A stretch of DNA of 64,000 bases from the human T2T-CHM13v2.0 reference genome, Homo sapiens. Positions 52,735 to 64,000 of this stretch are shown here, one piece after another. Numbering within the stretch: position 1 is the stretch's first letter; each line of letters starts with the position of its first letter. A program made the translations under genes and the position numbers. The notes beneath the pieces are model-generated. The model was given only the letters and a program-made list of their open reading frames with translations. It was not told where the DNA came from and made no database searches. Location of the stretch: NCBI RefSeq assembly GCF_009914755.1, contig NC_060946.1; one strand, written 5' to 3'.

Positions 52735-53192
52735 TGAAAGTCTGTTACTTTTTCCATTATGTGAATAATCCCTGTTTATTATGGGAGAAGAATATAAAAT
52801 CGTTTCTGATTTTATATCAGCATCTACAGACAATTATTGTCAACGTCTTCTGTGTTCTTCCATTCTCTTTTCACTGTTCTTTTGATCTTTTGTTTACTGT
52901 TACAGATTTTTACTCAGCATTTTTGGTTTAGATAGGAAGTTATACTGTATTTTACATTGGAATAGAACCGTACTTTTCAGGTTTTCACTTTATCCCATTT
53001 GCTCCTCACATCTCCTCATGGACAGGTATTTATTATCCCTAATTTATAGAGGTAGAAACTGAGATTGAGAAGTTAGGTAATTGCCCAAGGCTAGATAGTA
53101 AGTTGACTCTTGGCCAAAACCCAGATCCTGTGGCTTCCAGATCACACTGCTTTTTGCTATACCCTCTTCCCGTTTTCCACATGTATTCATTG

Positions 53193-54091
<899 letters not shown>

Positions 54092-54793
54092 CCATTTTTT
54101 AAAAAAAAATATTTTTATTATATTTTAATTGTTTTTTTTTTTAATTTTTTTTTATTTCCGTGTTACTGGGGAACAGGTGGTGTTTGGTTATATGAGTAAG
54201 TTCTTTAATGGTGATTCGTGAGATTTTGATGCACCCATTACCCAAACAGTACACCACACCCACATTTATTAATTTTTTAATGAACATTTCAACTTGAAAA
54301 GATTAGTTCATCAGAATTATGAACTGGTTCTGAAAATTCTCATTTGAGGTTTTTTTTTCCATTTTGACACTAATCAAAAGAAATGAAGTTTTTGTATACT
54401 ATGTAACCACAAATTATAGGTAGAATTTCCATACAGGGTATATTTTCAGGAAAAATCTGCTTAATTTTAATTTGTTGAGGGTTCCATTTTCTAAAGTGAG
54501 AGATAAAATGAGAAACAACACAATATTTAAATGAGTATGTAAATGCAGATATGTATGTAAACATATGTGAAGATGAGGATATTTGTAAAGCTGGTCATTT
54601 ATCATCCACCTGGTCTTTGCTATTATCTATACTTGCCAAACTCTTTAAGCACCTACTGTCATACCTACCCTAACAGGTTTTCCTGTGGGTAAATCTATTA
54701 CTCACAAGCTAGTTCAACTTTGGGTTGGTAGAAGAGATTAGAAAGCTAGGAGTTCTTGTTTGTGATTTTTCATGGCCTTAATATGTTAATCAA

Positions 54794-54858
54794 TCTCTCT
54801 CTCTTTCTCACCCTCTCTCCCTCCCTCCCTCTCTCTACCCCTCTCTCCCCCTCCTCTT
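54794..54858 (+). repeat. 65-nt CT-rich polypyrimidine tract before DEPDC5 exon 7
   Basis: Only two purines (A54810, A54837) in 65 nt. Confidence 0.9.
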
Positions 54859-54860
54859 AG

Positions 54861-54910
54861 GTCAGCACATGTGCCTATATCACCCAGAAGGTGGAGTTTG
54901 CTGGCATCAG
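54861..54910 (+). CDS. DEPDC5: DEPDC5 exon 7 (VSTCAYITQKVEFAGIR)
   Basis: ctcctcttag|GTC ... CAG|gtagat, 50 nt. The gene continues beyond the window. Confidence 0.95.
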
Positions 54911-55119
54911 GTAGATATTACATCACTCTTGCCTTATCTGTGCAGTAACTGGGCTACATAAAGCAGTGGAGGCGTATGGATGTCCATATAATAAAATGTG
55001 TAAAAGTATAAAATGTTAGATTGTTGGCTGGCCACAGTGGCTCACGCCTGTAATCCTAGCACTTTGGGAGGCCAAGGTGGGCGGATCACGAGTTCAGGAG
55101 ATCAGGACCATACTGGCTA

Positions 55120-55533
<414 letters not shown>

Positions 55534-55857
55534 TTAGAAACATAAAATGACTGGCACATTGGCTCCTGATTTGTTACCTTTTTAACTATATTGCTGTACT
55601 CTTGATTTATTAAAACTATTTCTATATTTTAGTTTGTGAAGAAAAAAGAGACTTTGTGAAATCCCCTTTAAATTCAAAAAGTGGCTGGGTGTGGTGGCTC
55701 ACACTTGTAATCCCAACACTTTGGGATGCTGAGGTGGGTAGATTGTTGCTTGAGCCCAGGAGTTGAAGACCAGCCTGGGCAACATAGTGAGACCCCATTT
55801 CTACAAAAAAATACAAAAATTAGCTGGGTGTGGTGACACACGCCTGTAGTCCAGCTA

Positions 55858-55980
<123 letters not shown>

Positions 55981-57761
55981 TCAGAAAGTATTTCAGGTGC
56001 GGTGGCTCACACCTGTAATCTCAGCACTTTGAGAGGCCAAGGTGGGCTGAGTGTGCTTGAGCCCCAGGAGTTCAAGACCAGCTTGGGCCACGTGACAAAT
56101 AGTCTCTAAAAAAAAGAGAAAAAAAAAAAAAACAGCCAGGCATGGTGGTGTGCGACTGTAGTCCCAGCTACTCAGGAGGCTGAGGTGGGAGGATCGCCTG
56201 AGCCCTGGGAGGTTGGGGCTGCAGTGAGACATTATCATGCCACTGCACTGCAGCCTGGGTGACAGAGTGAGACTGTCTCAAAAAAAAAAAAAGTACAACA
56301 TGCACATAATTAAGCATTCAAATAATTCAGAAAGGTATCTCATGAAATATACATTCCTCTCCCCAGAAACAACTTGTTTCTTTCCTGAAATTTACTGTGT
56401 ACACACAATCATATTTATGTCTTGTTTTTTTGTTTTTTTTTTTCTGAGACAGAGTCTTGCTCTGTCACCCAGGCTGGAGTGCAGTGGTGGGACCTTGGCT
56501 GACTGCAGCCTCTACCTCCTGATTTCAAGCAATTATCCTGCCTCAGCCTCGTGAGTTGCTGGAATTACAGTTACCCACCACCACACGTAGCTAATTTTTT
56601 TTTTTTTTTTTTTGTATTTTTAGTAGAGACGGAGTTTCACCATGTTGGTCAGGCTGGTCTCGAACTCCTGACCTCGTGATCTGCCCACCTTCGACTCCCA
56701 AAGTGCTGGGATTACAGGTGTGAGCTACCTCACCCGGCATATTTGTCTTGTTAACTGACTTGTGGTGATCCTAAGCTTGTTCAGTGGGGTCACAGGGTGC
56801 AGTGTAGTCCCTCGTTATAAAGATCCCCATCTACTTTTCTTTTTTTTTTTTTTTTTGAGACAAAGTCTCACTCTGTCGCCCAGGCTGGAGTGCAGTGGTG
56901 TGATCTTGTCTCACTGCAACCTCTGCCTCCCAGGTTCAAGCAATTATTCTGCCTGGGCCTCCTGAACTACAGGCACGTGCCACCATGCCCGGCTAATTTT
57001 TGTATTTTCAGTGGAGATGGGGTTTCACCATGTTGGCCAGGCTGGTCTCAAACTCCTGATCTCAGGTGATCCCGCCTCCTCAGCCTCCCAAAGCACTGGG
57101 ATTATAGGCGTTGAGCCACCGCACGCGGCCCCCATCAACTTTTCACCTAATGGTTTCATCCATTGAGGATTGTTGTAAGATGGTGATTTTCTTTCCTTTT
57201 TTTGGTGATTTTTTAATTAAGTCATCCCTTCTACATTTATTAGCCAGAATCCTTCTGTAAATAATTTTTCATCATCAACTAGGTCTATTTGACCAGAATG
57301 AAATACTGATCCTAAAAAGAAAGAAAGGATAGAGGCTTCATTTTTTCTCCCAAAAAGGGTATTTTGAAACTTGTTGTGGGGAGCCAGGTAAAATGGCTAT
57401 GGCGTGAGGATCACTTGAGGCCAGGAGTTCAAACCAGCCTGGACAACATAGTAAGACCTCATCTCTACAGAAATAGTAATTTTTAAAAAATTGCTGGTTG
57501 GCTCACACCTGTAATCCCAGCACTTTGGGAGACTGAGGCAGGCAGATCACGAGATCAGGAGATCGAGACCATCCTGGGTAACATGGTGAAACCCCATCTC
57601 TACTAAAAATACAAAAATCAGCTGGGTGTGGTGGCCTGTGCCTGTAGTCCCAGCTACTCGGGAGGCTGAGGCAGGAGAATCGCTTGAACCAGGGAGTCAG
57701 AGGTTGCAGTGAGCCGAGATCACACCACTGCACTCTAGCCTGGTGACAGAGCAAGACTCCG

Positions 57762-57762
<1 letters not shown>

Positions 57763-57796
<34 letters not shown>
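57763..57796. repeat. Perfect (CA)17 replacing an Alu poly-A tail
   Basis: gactccgt followed directly by the CA run. Confidence 0.92.
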
Positions 57797-57799
<3 letters not shown>

Positions 57800-58537
57800 A
57801 GGACTAGGTGCAGTGGCTCATGCCTCTAATCCCAGCACTTTGGAAGGCTGAGGTGGGTAGTTTGCTTGAGCCTGGGAGTTCAAGACCAACCTGGCAATAT
57901 GCTGAAACCCCATCCCTACAAAAAAATACAAAAATTAGCTGGTCATGGTGGCGCTTGTAGTCCCAGTTACTTGGGAGGCTGAGGTGGAAGGATCACCTAA
58001 ATCCAGGGAGGTTCAAGGCTGTAGTGAGCCTTGATCATTCTGCTGCCTTCTAGCCTGGGTGACAGAGTCAGACTCTGGCTAAAATAACAATAAAAAAAAG
58101 AACGGGGGTTGGTGTCAGGGCTCCTCTAGTTTGAGGTACTTGGGAAACAGGTTGGAGGAGCACTGAAGCACAGGTCGATGCTGCAGTGAGCTATTATTGC
58201 ATTATTGTACTCCAGCCTGGGCAACAGAGTGAGATCCCATCTTTGAAAACAAACAAAAATTTGTTAGCGGGTCAGTGTTCTTTAAAACATCCAAGCAACT
58301 AAAGCACAACCCAAGAAGTGACTAAATCTCAAGCAGCACAAAAAATGTAACCAAGGTTTATGCCTCCAGTATCAGCAGATCTCTACTGGATGGGTATCCA
58401 GGGTCAGGAAGCCTGGATCTGTATCTGCAGAGCCAGTGTTTAGCCATCACTGTGATTAGTGGTTCGAGTGATGTTGGGTAACTTCGGTAAACCCTTAGTC
58501 TTCACATCTGCAAAATGGAGTAGTTGGTTTAGAATAT

Positions 58538-58723
58538 TCTTCTGTCAAGGACCAGTTAATAAATATTTTAGACTTTGTGAGTAGCAATAGATCTCAGGTC
58601 TATTGCATATTCTGTGTGTTTCGACCATTTAAAAATGTAACAGCCATTCTTAGCTATGGGCCATATGAAAACAGGAGATAGGCGAGAATTGGCTTGAAGG
58701 CTGTATGTAGTTTGCCAGCCTCG
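58538..58723. mobile_element. MER58-family fragment
   Basis: taaatattttagactttgtg...aaaaatgtaacagccattcttagct...gtagtttgccagcctc resembles MER58. Confidence 0.65.
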
Positions 58724-59794
58724 GTTTGGAAACCTATTCAGATCTCTCTCATTTTTTTTTCTATTGCTTCCTCTTTTATTTTTAAATTATATATATATTA
58801 TATATATTATTTCTGAGACAGAGTCTTTCTCTGTTGCCTAGGCTGGAGTGTAGTAGCATGATATCTCCCCACTGCAACCTCTGCCTCCTGGTTTCAAGTG
58901 ATTCTCCTACCTCAGCCTCCTGAATAGCTGGGACTACAGGAATGCACCACTATGCCCAGCTAATTTTTGTTTTTTTAGTAGACACGGGGTCTTGCCATGT
59001 TGGCCAGGCTGGTGTCGAACTCCTGGCCTCAAGTGATCTGCACACGTTGGCCTCCAAAAGTGATGAGATTACAGATGTAAGTCACCACGCCTGGCTGATC
59101 TCTTTCTTTTTTAAGTTCTTTGTTTCTCTATGTAAATACCCTCATACACACAGTTCTAGATGGAGAAAAGAAAACCCTGACAGATTGTCACTTTTTAACT
59201 TTATTTTTATATATTTATTTCTGAGATGGGCTTCCTCTATCGCCCAGGCTGGAATGCAGTTGTGCCATCATGCCTCACTACAGCCTCAACCTCCTAGGCC
59301 CAAGCAATACTCCCACCTCAGCCTCCTGAGTAGCTAGGACTACAAGTGCGTGCCAGCATGCCTGGCTCTTTTTTTGTTTTTGTTTTTGTTTCATTATGGT
59401 AGAGACAGGGTCTCACTATGTTCCTCAGGCTGGTTTCCAACTCCTGGGCTCAAACGATCCTCTTGGCTCAGCCCCCTAGAGTGCTGGGATTACAGGTATG
59501 AGCCACCGCAGCTGGCCTCTTTTAGACTTTTAAAGATCTGTCCTGATATTTTGCTCAGGCTTGGTTAAATGTAAACTACAGTCTTCTATCTTTTCTCCAG
59601 AAGACTTACAGTATTTCTACACTGGATCAAAGGTTACTTTCTTTTGCTGACTTCGTGAATGCCTGAGAAAAAAGATGCTGTGGGCCTCCTGTGAGAAAAA
59701 TAAAGTATAGTCATTTGTATAGTTAAAGTCATTACAAATGGTCAAATAATTTCCCTGCAATTTAACTTTCAATCTGGTAATAGTTACATAGTTA

Positions 59795-60194
<400 letters not shown>

Positions 60195-61110
60195 CTAGCC
60201 TGTTGGATCACATTGTAACTTTTTTTTTTTTTTTTGAGACGAGTCTCACTCTGTCACCTAGGCTGCAGTGCAGTGGCGTGATCTTGGCTCTGCAACCTCT
60301 GCCTCCCAGGCTCAAGCAATTCTCCTGCCTCAGCCTCTCAAGTAGCTGGGATCACAGGCACCCGCCACCATGCCTGGCTAATTTTGTGTTTTTAGTAGAG
60401 ATGGGGTTTCACCATGTTTTTCAGGCTGGTCTTGAACTCCCGACCTCAGGTAATCTGCCTGCCTCGGCCTCCCAAAGTGATGGGATTACAGGCGTGAGCC
60501 ACCACCTCCAGCCACACCAAGCTTGTTTTAGAGGTCCTGTGAATGTGGGGTTCTGACGATTATAAGCAGAGCTGGCTGGGTGCGGTGGCTCATGCCTGTA
60601 ATCCCAGCACTTTGAGAGGCTTAAGTGGGCAGATTGCTTGAGTCTGGGAGTTCAAGACCAGCCTAGACAACATGGTGAAACCCCGTCTTTACTGAAAATA
60701 CAAAAAAATTAGCTGGGTGTGGCTGCTTGTGCCTGTAGTTTCACCTACTTGGGAGTCTGAGGTGGGAGAATCGCTCAAGCCCAAGAATTTGAGGCCACCC
60801 TGGGCAACATAGCAAGATAGTAGATACGGGGTTTTACCACGTTGGCCAGGATGGTCTCGATCTCTTGACCTCGTGATCCACCCACCTCGGCCTCCCAAGG
60901 TGCTAGGATTACAGGCATGAGCCACCGTGCCTGACCTCCTTATTACAATATTAAAGAAATACAAGTCTCTTCTGAGGTCAGGCTTGTGACACTTGTTCAT
61001 TCACAGACGTAACTGGGCAAAGGAGTATGAAAAAGCATCCCACTTGGTATAAGCCATGGGCCTGGTCCAGCCTTCTTCATTTTGGCATGGGGTAGACCCA
61101 GAGGGATTGA

Positions 61111-61473
<363 letters not shown>

Positions 61474-61893
61474 TGAGCCACTGCACCTGGCCTTTGTCTT
61501 CCTTTTTTATGAGGACTGATTGCTTAGGTGAGGCAGGTTGGGAGAAAGAGTGAAATTGGTAGAAGATAAGGGCTTGAGGTGGTTGGTTGAGGGATGATTG
61601 ATTACACGGTGCTCAGCTAATAGCTACCACTTTCTCTCCAGGATAGCATTTTGTGTTAATACCTGCTGTAGTTCTAGTTCTTGCTAGTAAACTAATTGAG
61701 CACGCCCTATCCTCACACTGTCCTGAACAGTTTCCCCACATTATCTGGTTTAATTTGAAAACAGCTCTGTAGAAGGCTGGGCACAGTGGCTCACACCTGT
61801 AAACCCAGCAGTTTGGGAGGCCAAGGCGGGCGGATCACAAGGTCAGGAGTTCGAGACCAGCCTGGCCAACATGGTGAAACCTCATCTCTACTA

Positions 61894-62046
<153 letters not shown>

Positions 62047-62756
62047 CTACATCTCAAAAAAAAAAAAAAAAAAAAGTGAAAGCAGCTCTGTAAGGCGTAG
62101 GCTTCATTGTCTCTTTTGTTTTGTTTGTTTTTTTGTTTTGTTTTTTGCAATAGTCTCACTCTGTTGCCCAGACTGGAGTGCAGTGGTGCGATCACAGCTC
62201 ACTACAGCCTTGACCTGTGAGGCCCAAGCGATCCTCCTACCTCAGCCTCCTAGGTAGCTGGGACTACAGCATGTGCCACCATACCTGCCTAATTTTTTGT
62301 ATTTTTTATAGCGACAGGGTCTCACTATGCTACCTAGGCTGGTCTCAAGCTCCTGGGCTCAAGCAATCTGCCAACCTTGGCCTTCCAAAGTGTTGCGATT
62401 ATAGGTGTGAGTCACCGTGCCCGGCCCATTGTCTCATTTTTAAAGATAATGCCACTGAACCTCATGAATTTACTATGGCCATTCACGTAGTAAGTGTCAC
62501 TCAGCTGGGATTCTTGCCTAGACCAGTTTCTCTTCAGGCCAGTCAAGTCTGAAAGCCATGCTTTACTTTTTCTACTGTACTATTCACTTTTTTTTTTTTT
62601 TTTTTTTTTGAGGCTGAGTTGTGCTCTTGTTGCCCAGGCTGGAGTGCAATAACACGATCTTGGCTTACTGCAATCTCTGCCTCCGGGGTTCAAGTGATTC
62701 TGCCTCAGCTTCCTGAGAAGCTGAGATTATAGGTACCCACCACCATGCCCATTTAA

Positions 62757-62995
<239 letters not shown>

Positions 62996-63298
62996 TGAGA
63001 CAGAGTCTCGCTCTGTTGCCCAGGCTGGAGTGCAGTGGTGCGATCTCGGCTCACTGAAACCTCCGCCTCCTGGGTTCAAACGATTCTCCTGCCTAAGCCT
63101 CCCTAAGTAGCTGGGTCTATAGGTGCCACCATGCCCAGCTAATTTTTGTATTTTTAGTAGGGATGGGGTTTCGCTGTGTTGGCCAGGGTGGTCTCGAACT
63201 CCTGACCTCAGGTGATTCACCCGCCTCAGCCTCTCAACGTGTTGGGATTATAGGCATGAACCACTGCACCTGGCCCTAAGTTTTTTTTTTTTTTTTGA

Positions 63299-63400
<102 letters not shown>

Positions 63401-63809
63401 TGAGTAGCTGAGATTACAGGCGCATGCCACCACGCCCAGCTAATTTTTTTTTTTTTTTAGTAGAGACATCATTTCACCATGTTGGTCAGGCTGATCTCGA
63501 ACTCCTGACCTCGTGATCTGCCCTCCGTGGCCTCCCAAAGTGCTGGGATTACAGGCGTGAGCCACCATGCCTGGCCAAGAAGCCCTTCTTTAGACCTATA
63601 TGTGGACTCCCAGATTAAGAGCCCCTGTTCATATTCAGTATAGTATGAGAGTTCTTTATATTGGATAATCTGTTCACGGAGTTCTCTGGAAATCTGTAAC
63701 CAGTTAGGTCATTTGAGTATAAGTAGCAGAGCCACCTGAAGTTGCCCCTATTTCTTTTTGGTTTGTTTTATTTTTATTTTTTGAGACGGAATCTCACTCT
63801 GTTGCCTAG

Positions 63810-63998
<189 letters not shown>

Positions 63999-64000
63999 AG

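Overview
Primate (human-like) genomic DNA, very Alu-dense, carrying two divergent (head-to-head) genes whose CpG-island promoters are about 3.7 kb apart. I recognise the locus from the encoded proteins as human 22q12.2 PRR14L/DEPDC5. Minus strand: PRR14L non-coding exon 1 (donor at 36041), exon 2 (24954-24430, ATG at 24903), exon 3 (11644-11572) and the first 3320 nt of a giant coding exon that runs off the window start, 1289 codons in total. Plus strand: DEPDC5 (GATOR1 subunit) with two candidate alternative first-exon donors and coding exons 2-7 (codons 1-138, ATG at 40966). Introns hold roughly 100 Alu copies (many nested or inverted), old L1 and L2 fragments, MIRs, MER1A and MER58 DNA transposons, a MER68-type LTR and a full-length 7SL retropseudogene. 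The most unexpected observation is that the two promoter/first-exon regions look like inverted paralogues. They share a 24/25-nt ETS-ETS core plus about eight colinear shorter blocks over 350-400 bp, and a CpG-decayed third copy may lie at about 39.13-39.22 kb. Other leads are an in-frame 10-codon uORF before DEPDC5, a start-stop uORF before PRR14L, a 106-nt AG-exclusion zone before DEPDC5 exon 7, and local templated-inversion scars. Repeat subfamily names and boundaries were read by eye and are approximate.
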